Origin: the human T2T-CHM13v2.0 reference genome, Homo sapiens | Assembly: GCF_009914755.1 (NCBI RefSeq) | Contig: NC_060937.1 | Reading direction: 5' to 3' (one strand) | DNA: 64,000 nucleotides | Shown: positions 27,346 through 39,254 of the stretch, one piece after another | How the letters are laid out: every line of letters starts with the position of its first letter | Numbering within the stretch: position 1 is the stretch's first letter | Translations under genes and position numbers: made by a program | Notes under the pieces: model-generated | Databases searched by the model: none | What the model was told of the DNA's origin: nothing | The model's input: the letters and a program-made list of their open reading frames with translations, nothing else

Positions 27346-28011
27346 GGGCAGATAATGCGATTTGACTTCCTTGGGTGTTAGGTCTTCCTCAAGGTAAGCG
27401 TAGTTTTCTTACTGCTTGTATGGTGGCCATGACACTTATGACTGTCAGCACTACATGTTTATGTGTTCATATTTTTCACATACTTTCAATTCTTGGAGTT
27501 TAGGGATTGTATTAATCTTGTATACCATAGACACCTGAACATAAGCTAAATGTCTACTAGCACACAGTAAAGATTTGAATATGTTATTTTGAAATAATGA
27601 ATCAGTGCCCTAAAACAAAGGTGGTCATTGTTAAGGATGATCTGGAGAGGCCTGGGCGAAGGATACCACCCTGGGCCCATTCCAGGTTAGTGACATGAAG
27701 AGACCAGTTGATATTGTCAGTGTCTTTCTCCTTTGATGCTCTATAGATTGAGTTGAGAACATAGATTGTTGATTGCGGATTAGGAAAAATAGGAGGTCAA
27801 GGGGATTAAGACAGCATCAGTTTTCATGAAGTTCAAGGTAGTTGGAGAGGTGGGTTAAGCTGAGGAATACCAGTCTAGAGTGATTCACAGTAGCTTCTAG
27901 AACAAAACACTTTTGCAAAACAAGACAGGTGGAATTAAAGTGGGGGCAGAAATTGAACAGGAGAGAAATTTCATGCTCTACGTTCTTGGTGTGACCGTGC
28001 TAATTGTGTGG

Positions 28012-28448
28012 CTTTTGTGGGTTGGATCGCATCCTTGAAAAGATACGTTGAGTTGTTGAGTCCTAAACCCCCCTGCACAGTATCTTAGAATGTGACCTGG
28101 TTTGGAAATAGAATCATGGCAGCTTAGTTAAGATGAGTTCATAAGTTGAGGCTTTCATGCAATGATTGATGTTCTTCTGAAAGAAGAGATGCACACATAT
28201 AGGGAGATCACCATGCGATGATGGAGGCTGAGATGGAAGTTAGCTGCAGCTGTGTACTAAGGAATTGGCAGCCAGTCACCAGAAGTGGGGAAGAGACTAG
28301 GAAAAGATCCTTCCTACAGGTTTCAGAGGGAGTGTGGCTACCTTGAATTCAGATTTCTAGCCCCAGGAGCTGTGAGAGAGTACTTTTCTGTTGTTTTAAG
28401 CCACCCAGTTTGTGGTACTTGGTTGTTGCAGCCCTGGGAAACTGACAC
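28012..28448 (+). mobile_element. MLT1 (MaLR) solo LTR, MLT1C/D-like
   Basis: agaatgtgacctggtttggaaatag...agatttctagccccaggagctgtgagag...ttttaagccacccagtttgtggtactt...gcagccctgggaaactgacac. Confidence 0.85.
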
Positions 28449-31400
28449 CATGGCTCAAGGGAAGCAGAAATGAAGGTCATGGAGACCAGGGTGGTAGAAT
28501 CATGGATGCAATGCTGAAAATTTGGAGAACAACATGGAGAGATAGAGTGAAGAAAACAGAAGGGGAATGTTCTGGAGTGTTCTGTAGCCTTCATAGCTAA
28601 CTGCTCTTGTCGTCCTAAGGCTCCTTGTACGTCAGTCTCTTTGAAAGCAAAGTGAGAGGCTTTTGCCATTGCCATCAAGGTGCCCTCTACAACCATGTTT
28701 GTATTTATCTCAGCGGCCCAGGCTTGTCAGTTCCTGGCATTTGGGTTTAGGTTGTACTTGGTGTGGGCGCTTGGTTTCTTTTAGAGATATTGTAAAAGGG
28801 ACACTGTATATTTAAATAGCATGGAAGACTTCAGGTTGAATTGGGTCAAGGTGCTTCCCACTCCCTGCACAAAAGAATTCTAATTGCAGACAACTCAATC
28901 AAACAATACAACTCAGTATATTTTTCTGAAGAGAGGGAAACAATTGGAATTGAAGTGACTAATTCCTTTTGCAAGGTCCTCTAGGAAAACTAGAAATTCT
29001 AGAATGGCTTTCTGGAGAAAAGTCTTTGAAGGGTTTGGGGAACTGTTTAGAAAAAAGAAAGCAAAGAAAAATCTGGGTTCAAGGAAACAGACTTGACAAT
29101 ATTGAGGTTGTAGGGAGTGTCCAGATACCCGGCATGCTTGACTGTCTCTCCCTCTCCCATGACTCCAGTTTGGATATGATGAAAATGAATGTTTTTAATT
29201 TGTTAGCCTGGAGCTTCTCCTGCATTGGAAAGTGATTTTGGGATTAATGCTAACGTTTTAGAAGATTTTTCCCATATTGAGTGTAGAATTAAATGTTTGC
29301 GTACCCCATAGTGTTTACTTTAATTTTTCCACACTCTTCAGGAGTTGGCAGGTATATAATTCTGGATGATAGCATGTGCTGTGTGTACTCTCCAGTCCTG
29401 ACGCTGCAGGGTTAGGGCATTGGTGCCTTTTGTTCAGTCCACGCAGGGAAACGTGCAGGCAGGGAGCTGGTCCGAGACGTCTCCAGGCAGATTACGGGAA
29501 TGGCTGCTCCCACAATAACAAAAAATGGCTCCTGGTGGAAAAAGAAAAATAGAGGTAGTCTGAACTTGTGGACAGGTTTGTTTCCTCCTTCTTAGATATG
29601 AGTATTTAATTTTTCTCTTTTTAGCTCCCTCTCTCTACCAAAACAAAACAGACAACTCTTTGAAAACACCTCCAAATGATTTATGTGCCAAAGATGTGTG
29701 AAAATGATCATCTTAGATGTTGTTGGGGGTGGGAAACAACCCTCAGTGGTTTGTTCCATTCTTATCTGTCCTTGAAAATAGTTGAGAACAAACGAAGACT
29801 TGGGACTGACTGCCTTGGATGTGGTCTGGTTTGCCCTGTAACTGACAAGAGTGATGGGTCCCCGTCGAGTGACGGCGTTGGACTAGAACCCAGGCTGAGA
29901 GAGCACTGCGGTCCTTGGCTGATGCACTGAAGAAAAACGCGTCAGATAGAAACAAAATTACTGTGTATCCATTTCTGTGCATAACTATAGTGGAAGAAAA
30001 GCAAAATTTAAAAAAAACACACCAAAAACCCTGCGATCACCATTCTCTGTAATTCAGACTCTTTTTTGTAGTAAGAAGTGCCATGCAGCTTTCATGAAGT
30101 TGCTGGTATCTGTTAGCCGCACTCCATTGCCATGGCCCATCTTCTTGACCTTCCACTCTTATTGTGGGTTTCCCTGTTAATCGGATCGTGCCTCCCCCCT
30201 CCTCTGCAAACACCTTATAGTTTTGAGAGATGATAATCAGGCATAAAATCCTTCCCCTGAGTCTGAGTCTGGGACTTCAGTCACCTTCCAGCCTAAGAGG
30301 CTGGAGCAGCCTGGCATGCTCCCCGGCAGCTGTTTTTCTTAGTTGGTGCATTGCTTTAATTGGCCACAGTTCTCCTCATCTGTCATGAAGACTCTTAAAG
30401 CTCATACGAGAGTAATTTTCTCCACCTCCTTTATTGCGAGTTTTCTCTTGACGGGGCACACCACTGACTCTCTGGAAGGCTTCTCTGCTCGCTTTCTCCA
30501 GAAAGCCGTTATTTGCTGAGTTTCTGCAGGCTGGCCGATTGAGTTACAGCCCGAAGAATGTTGAACCTGGTTCTCAGCTGCAGGATGTCTTTCCCCAAAG
30601 TTCTTGTACTGCTAGGCCTACCCTGAGGATTCACATATGTGTATTGGTTTACAACAACATTAAAGCATCCCCTGAACTCCCCACCCCGCCTGCCCCAGGT
30701 GGGTAGATTACTTTTAGGACTATGAAGTAGTGCTCTCACAGGGGTTGGAGCTCAGGGTTGGCCTGCAGTATAAGCCAGTTCCCTTCTGGCTGGTTTCACA
30801 TACATTTATGGCCTTCTTTTACACCTAATAGGCTTGCTTTGGGTTTTCAGGAAAAAATTCTTCATGCAATTAGGGAGAGATTCTGTGGTCATTTACCATA
30901 AAAGGTTGAAAGCTTTAATAATGTAAAACATAAAACAACCCCGGAAAGTAAGCATTAATTGGATCTCTAAGTATTGCATTTGATAAGATATACACAGAGA
31001 GTGAAAGATCATAAGCAGAAAAATGACTTGCTGATATTACAATTTGAGGTTATTTTAGTAATGGTGTATAGGATGAAATAGACCAGGAAACAACTTGGAA
31101 GGAGGGGCCTCACGTTAGCACATTGCCCTTAGACATTAAGCCTGTAGCAGCTGCAACATCCAAGGTGAGGTTGTGGTTGAGACTGTAGTGAGCGATTTGT
31201 ATGCAGTTCCTACATCACCACTGTCCCTGTGGACTGCAGTTGGTCCTCTTGCTTGTTAGTGTTCTAGACACATAAGTTTCTTAAAATGCGTGATTTCGTA
31301 GTAGAGTCTTATAATTCTACTAGATTTTATGTGTAGTTTTATGTGTGTGGACTAATACTTCTGTGGGTTTCAGTCTACACATTTGTATTTTATTCTTGTC

Positions 31401-31642
31401 ATTAGAGTTCTGAAATGATGGTTGGCACGAATGAATTCTCATCTCAACTGAAGTGCCAGGATGCCCTTGCTTTCCTTTAACCAGTAGGGAGAGGTAGGAG
31501 CCGTGCGGAATTACAAATGGTGGCTTCTGTGAAAGCCTGTTCAAGTGTTGTTCAGAGTTTCAACAACAACAAGAAAATGCTATCCAAGCCATCATTTCCT
31601 TTTTTTTTTTTTTATTATGAGTCTCTAGTCATTCTTGATTTT

Positions 31643-31822
31643 GTGGCAAATTGATGGTCAAGAAGGCCAAGTTTAGCCTACAGTGGTGTCTTGTTTGGAC
31701 TGCACTGTGAATATCGTTAGGTGGGGGCAGGCACTTTCCAGTTGGCCACAGTCCTCACTACTCCTAATGTCCTGGCATATCTTTTTTACCTGCCTGGTGC
31801 CCTTGGGTCATTTATTTGCATG
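31643..31822 (-). mobile_element. MER102-like DNA transposon fossil
   Basis: ttgtttggactgca...ccagttggccacagtcctcactactcc...ttacctgcctggtgcccttgggtcattt. Confidence 0.55.
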
Positions 31823-33235
31823 GTACACAAACACAAAGTACATTTTCATATTTCTTCCTTAAAGAGAATCAAATAGTAAAGGAGATTTCTATTTGATTTC
31901 TATTTTTATTTGTTTCTCCAACTGTCTTAAGACTGTGATATAAAATGAACAATGAGATGCTTAAAAGGTTTGAGAGGAAACAAAATTTCTAACGAATAAG
32001 ATATAATAAAAAGGCTTCCGCCCAGGATAACATTATTAACCAGCCAGTTAGCCCTTGAGTGTGTGACGTTGATCTTATTGACTGCGCTTAGCAGAGTGGG
32101 AAGTTTGTATGTTTCAGGTTTACTGTGTGAACAGTCCTAGTAGTGAATGATTCTGGTTTAACCTTTTTCAGTCTTACTGGAAATATTTTTGCTCCTGCGT
32201 TTCCTTTATTCCTCAAATGTTGCTAAATTAACTCAGGCCTTGGAAAGCCCTGAATAGTCATCTCCATTTCACATACTTCTCTTATTTTTTCAATTGGAAG
32301 TGTTGATCTCAAGACAAGCTGAAGGCTGAGCCTGGTTGCATTGATCTGATTGATTCTGCCGTGTGCTCTGCTCGGCCTCCATGGAAAGACCATATCGAGT
32401 TCGTCCACTGTTGTGAATGAAAATAATCAGTTGGTGAAAGCACAAAATTAGAAACCTCTTGGTATATTTATTTCTGTGTCTCAAGAATTCTGATTTAAAG
32501 CAGACTTTATTCCAAGTAATGTGAACAGTAGGTCGTTCAGGAGTCTCGGATGAATCAATGTTTTCTTCCCTCCTCTCCAAGAAAATCTATTTAAAGCAAA
32601 GGTCAAATCTGTGCTGGATTTAGAACCTATTAAATGTAAGTCTGGAAAACAGAGCCACTTCTCTTTTTTTTGTTCTTCACATAGTTTCAAGCACTGGGGA
32701 CACTCTGGTCTTCTGCAAATCATCATTTCCCACGTATTCCTGGTGTTTGTAACTTTCCTTTTGTTCCAGAGGATGGAGTGTAACCTGTAGTGTATATACT
32801 GAGTGAATTTGAGCTCTTTTGAGTCTTGGGCTTATTACATTTAGAAATAATTTAAACCTTGAAAGTTGTCTTGGAGGAGTTTATTAGGCTTTGAATTATA
32901 CCTGAGAAGAATGTATTAATGTATAGATTAATCAACTCATTTAAATAACCTGCTTACAAATTGACTCCTCCTGCTTGTGGTTCCTCCCCAACCCCTCCTA
33001 TCCTGTCGCCCTCTGGCCTCCTCCATCTCTATGAAGGCTGATAAGCCATAGTTGGATGTGACAGCCTTAGACACAGCCCCTGCCCAGGCCTCACACTCAG
33101 TTACTGAGCCCAGTCCCCTTTGCTTCTGTAAAGGCTTCAGTCCTGCTGCTCCCTCCGTCCAGGCCGATTAGATATATGGGTGTTGGCATAGTCTCTGAAC
33201 TGGACTCCCTGTTTCCCATCTTTACCTTTTTTATG

Positions 33236-34140
33236 TCATTCTTCCATTCGGTAAAGATTTGAATATACTTTGCAAGCCAGGCTGTGCCCTCGGCCCTGAA
33301 TATACAATTGTGAAAGAGTCAGCCAGGAAATCCTGGCCCCTGCAGCTGATTCTCTAGTGGGGAGGGTGGACAGTGAGCAAAATGTGTCAGTAAAAGATGT
33401 AGAAGACGGACATGGTACATGCCCCAAGGGAAATAAAGGAGGAAAGGGAAATAAGGAGTTTGCATGGGGAAGTGTAATTTTAAATGGGGGCATTCAGGAG
33501 GGCCTCCCTAAGAAGCCACATTGAGGTGGGGTGAGCTGCATGGAAATCTGGGAGAATGGATGCAAGGGAGCAGCAGGTCAGCCTATTAGAAGAAAAGCAG
33601 AAAGCTAGTTGGGGCTCTGGCACCAGACGAGGTCAGAGGGGTGCTGGGCCTCGCTGGCCATCAGAAGGCACTTGGTTCTTATTCAGATGGAGACCAGAAG
33701 CTTTGGAGGACTTTGAATGTAGTGACAGGACCTGCCTTCCATGGTAACAGGGTTTCTCTGCTGGGTGGAGGCCCAGGGACAGTTCAGGAGGCTGCTCTGA
33801 TGGTCCAGGTGAGGGAGGGTGACCCTAGCAGTGGCCAGGTGAGATATGGTCAGGGTCTAGATGCATTTCAGAGGCACAGGTGGCATTGTTTGCTGATTGA
33901 TTGAATATATGGGGTATGACAGAAAGGAAGAAGAATGATTCTGATATCCTTGGTGTGAGTACCTGGAAGCATGGAGCTGTCCTGGACTGAAAGAGACAGA
34001 AGTGATCACTGCTGTGTTTCTCTGGGTGGTGTTCCATAACTATTCCATGCAGGGCCATGCAGGCTTGGGAGGGAGGGAACCAGGAACTCAGTTTGGGGCA
34101 TGCTATATTTGGGATGCCTGATTGGACTACTGTTTGGGAT
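33236..34140 (-). mobile_element. L2 (L2a-like) 3' region
   Basis: Antisense L2 tail tcattcttccattc..., followed by typical segments (ggtccaggtgagg, gatgcatttcagagg, aactcagtttggggcatgct). Confidence 0.75.
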
Positions 34141-36855
34141 GAGTTTTGTCCTGTTGGAAATCAGAGAGAATAGGGCTCACAAGGAGCGGATGCGTCACGG
34201 GCCTGAGGGGCAGGAACATGATGCAGTGCTCCAAGGAGACCTCTGTCTCCAAACCAGAAACTTATAGCTGCCTTGGTCATCTTTATTCTGACTTTTAATG
34301 GGGAGGTGGGTCCAGAGGAAAAAAACAAGCTGTACATGCTCAGTGACAGTGACACTCAGTATCCCAGTATCAGGGAGGCAGTAGACACTGGGAAGCACCT
34401 GGCCAAGAGCACGTGTGTTTATTTCTCAGGGGTAACAAGTTCAGTGGGAACATGGGCTCAGAACTCCCTGACACTGTAATGTTTCAAGAGAAGCTAGATA
34501 ACAGAGTTTTCTTGTGGAATCTCTTGGCTTTTAAATTTTGGCTTAAAAATATTTCTTTTAATGGGATGAACAGTTAACCTCTTGTCAACCTACTGGTTGT
34601 ATTTCCTGGCCACTCAAATTCGCCATCAGGACCTTTTGTGCACTGAAGTACAAACTGGTCTACTTCCACCCTCAGGTAAGTCTCAGTCTTCTTGACTGCG
34701 GCTCTGAATGCCCAGGATTCTGATGGAATCCTGCTTCCTAAACCCTGCTTGGTTTTCATCCACGGCTCTTAACAGCTCATGACACCGCGTTCTGTTTTTA
34801 TTTGTGTAGTGTCTGTCCCCTCACTAATGTGTAAGCCCATTGAGAGCTGGGCCTTTGGAGTTTTGTGCACAGCTGTGTTCCTATAGTCGATGTTTCATGA
34901 CTGCTTACTGACTGTATGAATGGCCCACCAAGCTAACATCTCAAATACTTTCCAAAATGTCATCAGAAGGCCCTTGTCACGGCCCCAAAGAAGAAGGGAG
35001 TCGTGGAGCAGAGGAGAGCACATGGCCCACAGCGGCCATGAGCAGAGTGCTCTGGCCGGGGTCAGGAGTTCAGGAGGCAGCAGATAGTCCCCAAACAAGG
35101 GGTGGCAAGCATTTCTTCAGCACCTGCTGTTTGCTAGGTGATTGGTTTGTTTGCTTTTTTCACCCAGTGGGAGCAGTAAGGAAATGACCCAGGTGATCTC
35201 TTTTTCCATTCTTCAGCCAACATTGATTGAAAGGTTATATGATCCACAAAGAGCAAGTGACAGCTGCCGGATGTTCATTTGAAATTTACAGACACTAATG
35301 GGGGCATAGTGGTGGAAGTGACTCTCATCAGGCTGTCCAGGCACAGCAGTGTCCCTAGAGAGCAGCTCTCAGTGTTCCAGGGCCTAGAGAAGCTTCCTGA
35401 TCCCCCACCATCCCAGCAGGCCTTCCCACTGCCATCGAGGGGAGCAGTAGGCAGCTCTTAAACGAAAGAGCCAGCTCTCTCTCCATGGCGTTGATATTCA
35501 GTGACTTCTGATCTGCGGTCACTTGGTCCCCACCCCTCCCCAGTTCCTTACTTGTTGCTTTCTTAGAGATTGGCTCCTTTTTCTGCTGGCCACATGCCTA
35601 TTACTTATTCCCATTTCCTCTCTGGTCCTCTCACCATTCACCGAGCACTGTTTATTCTTTTTAGTAAATACACTTCCTGGTTTTGTCTGTTATCACAGGC
35701 AGAGGTGATACCACAGGCAGAGGTTAGGCTCCCAGCATTCTAAGCCTCCTTAACTGGCTGGGTCCTTGTTCCAGTCCATCTTCCATACTGTGGTGGGTGA
35801 TCTACAAATAAAAATTCAAGTATGCTATTTCTATCCATACAAACCTTCACAAGCTCCCTGTAGACTCTGGGATGAAGTCCAAGTGCTTCCTCCCAGCCTG
35901 CCAGAGTCCCCACCCTCCAGCACCTTCCTGACACGAGACTGTGGCTCACCATACTTTACAGGCCTGGGATACTCACTGCCCCAACAGCCAGACATGCGGT
36001 GATCTTTGGCTGTTTTTGTGCTGTTGTGTCGCTGTTTCATTCTGAAACTCTTGGGCCTCTAGGATCCTGTGCACATTATAGGCCTTTCCTGCCTAAGAGT
36101 TAATTACAGGATTTTGTTTCTTGCTCTGTATTTCAGTGTTAACATCTGTCTCCATGACCTTCCCTCCTTGCCAGTCTGTGTAAAATAAAGAATGGTGAGG
36201 AGAGCCCCAACCTGCCCCAAAGCCCACCCTCACGCACCCTAGTTCGTTACGGGTTCTACACAGCCGGAAGCCTTTCGGCCAGGTGTGTGTGTCAGGGAGA
36301 AGACTTCTTCCTCACTGTATCTGCAGTGCTGAGGCCACCGTGGAAATGAGATGTTTTCTACATTTTTTGCTTATTTTTTTCACTTACTGATTTTTAAAGT
36401 TTATGTATAATAGAGTGCGCCTCTGCCATTACCAACTGGAGACTCTCATGTAGAAAGTATTTCCAATTTTAAATGTGGTAACGGTGTCCTATGTGAGCAT
36501 GAGATATTTTCCTGATATAGCAGAGGATTTGTAGACAGCTGTTCTTTTCTCTCATATAACTCTGTCTGTACTCCCCAGCGCCTGCTGATTCAGGGAGCCC
36601 TAAGAAGGTCCTGCTGGCAGGGCTTTCAAGAACCACGCCCTGTGGGCTAACCTGCAGCCTGGGAGCCTGTGGGGGACAGCCCAGCTTCGGCCCTTTCTGT
36701 CTGGTGCCTTTGCTTCAGCAGGTTCCAAATGTGAGCCTGTGCTCCCATTTTCGTCCTATGGCTATGATCTTCACTGCCAGTTTGCACAGCCTGCAGCTGC
36801 CACACATGCATTTAGAATATTTTTAAATGATCTTCCTTCACTATTTCTCTTTCAG

Positions 36856-37524
36856 AAATTTGTCACTGTTTTCATTTGCTGTTTGCACAAGACTAAATAC
36901 AGCCTGGGCACATTATAATTTTTCTAAGAGTCAAAGGGACTTTAGAGACAGTAAGTGTGGTGGCTGTGTCTTCAAAATATTGAAGTTTTAAGTTTAAATC
37001 TCCAAGAGTCAGGAAGTTAAATAATTAAGTTGAGATTACCATGTTCATTTTCTTATACAGCATCTGTGAGGTTTGCTTTAAAAGTTTTAGCACGTGTTTT
37101 AAGAAACTGGTTTTGTCTTAAAGCAGATAAGTAGTTCAAAAATTGTAATGACTATACCGCTTATGTGCTGCCTATGCTGACAGAACATATATTAACATTT
37201 GTCGCTGTAAGCCAAATAAAGATCTTAATGAGATTAATAACCCTTTATCTTCCTTTGGTAAAATTTACCTGATATACTTAATGACATAGTTCATTAAAAA
37301 CGCTCTTTGTAAACTTAAGTTGTCTAGAAAATAATTTATCTGGTAGTTTCATTTTTCATTTGTAAATGTAATCTCCATTGTGCTCAGTTTGGGCCCTTTA
37401 TAATTTTTCCAATTATCAAGGGGACTTTAGAAATAGTAAGCAGAATAGCTATATCATTATTTGTTAAAGTTGAAAATGTTAATCCCCAAAGGTCGGGCAA
37501 TTAAGCTAAGGTTATTATGTTCAT
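36856..37524. repeat. Old diverged direct duplication (about 190-bp units, about 480 bp apart)
   Basis: About 36856-37048 vs 37333-37524, e.g. ttataatttttctaagagtcaaagggactttagagacagtaag vs ttataatttttccaattatcaaggggactttagaaatagtaag. Confidence 0.8.
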
Positions 37525-38454
37525 AGTAAAACTATTCCTAGTTGGAGTGATGATATTAAATGTGGCATTGATTCATTGTGTCCCTCAAGTACACAGTGAC
37601 TTCTAGAGATCCACTCTGGGCAAATGGTGTGACAAGCAACTGTTCCGTGGGATTATGGAGGTCATTTTATACATAGCTGAGTGGTGGCTTGCAAATGCTG
37701 ATTTCACATTCTTCTTGTAGGAAGATCACACTTTGAAATAATTTTCTTTTAGGAAAAAAAAACATCTATTTTGAGGAGAATTCCATGTTTTAAAAAATTA
37801 CAAAAAGAATCCACAGTCAAGTAGTAAATGCTTCTTAAAACATATACATTATTTTTGAGAGATTTAACAGTATTCAAGAATCTGTTTGTTTAGCAAATAA
37901 AAGGATTCCTGGTACTAAAATAAAAATCTAGTTTGGGGGAAAAATAAATTAAGCATATTAGGGTTGCTATTTAATATCTTTTGAGAAATGAAAACAGTAA
38001 ATATTTTCAGAGTTTTTTTTTTTTTTAACCTCGATTTGAGCCCTGTCACAACTGTTAGTTAAATTTTCTTTCAGTAAATAGTAGTAATTAATAGTGTTCA
38101 GACTTTCTGGGCTCTGGAGCCTGAGTGCATAAATAGTCTCTTTCTTACAAATGATACTTGATCATTAACAGCATGGCCAGTTTTCTCTTATGCATCTCAC
38201 TTCCTAAATCTGTCCTCTAACACTGCATGGGATGCTTTTTCAGGAAAACGTGGGTTTTTAAGAAATTTGTGACTTTTTTTTTTTTGAAAGGAAGAAACTA
38301 AAATTAGAGTATCTCAGCTACCCTGCAAGAGAGCTTCTTAGACAAGGCAAGCCCATGCACACACAGTGTGTCCCTGGTATTCTTGAATGATCCCACGGTG
38401 TATGTCTTGAAATCTCAGCAAACAGAAATTCAGTTCATTCATTAAGCATTAGAA

Positions 38455-39254
38455 GGTCTTCAACACACCATTGGTTATTTGGGAAATGCAAATTAAAACT
38501 ACTAAATCTAATACTACGCACCCACTGGAAGGCTAAAATTAAGGAGACTGAGCATGCAGGTGTTTGTGAGCATGAAGAATAGTGGCAGAGCTCACCTGTG
38601 AGCTCACCTGGGAACCCACAGTGACTCAGGCACTTTGGAAAACAGTCTTACAGTTTCTGGAAGGTTAAACATGCACTTGCTCTGTTTGTGCCTGTATGTG
38701 TGGTATGACTGGGTAACTCCAATCTTAGATTTCTACCTAAGAGTAATATAAACGTAAGTCTACACAGAGACCAGTCACACAGATTCATAGAAGAATTATT
38801 CATAATATCCTCAAAGTGGAAACAATCCAAATGTCCAATAATAGGTGAACACCTAAACAAATTGTGCTGTGTTCATACATTGGAATACTGCTTGGCAACA
38901 GAAATAATAAAGTATTGACATGTGCATTAATATTAGATGAATCTGAAAGCATCAGGCTAGGTGAATAGGCCAAACAGAAGAGACTGCAAACTATGATTCT
39001 GTTTATATAACATTCTAGAAGAGGCCAAACTGTAGTAAAAAGAGGTAGATGAAAGGTCAGCAGGGCCTGGAGTGAGGGAAGGGACTTGTCTGCAGCATGG
39101 AAGGAGGGAACTTTGGGGATGATGAAAGTGTTCTGTATCTTGATTGTGGCCGGGGTTACCTGACTCTGTACCTTTGGCAAAACTTGCTGCTGAATCCTAC
39201 GCTTAAAATGGGTCAGCTTTATTGTATGTCAGTTAATAAAGCTGATTAACAAAA
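38455..39254 (+). mobile_element. L1ME/MD-type 3' end
   Basis: gggaaatgcaaattaaaac...ggaaacaatccaaatgtccaa...atgattctgtttatataacattctag...aataaagctg. Confidence 0.8.

Noticed and set aside
29465-29476. agctggtccga resembling a Y RNA 5' end
   Set aside because: Similarity does not extend, and there is no complementary 3' stem or T-run terminator.
33003-33020. CTCF-like CGCCCTCTGG
   Set aside because: The adjacent consensus positions do not match.
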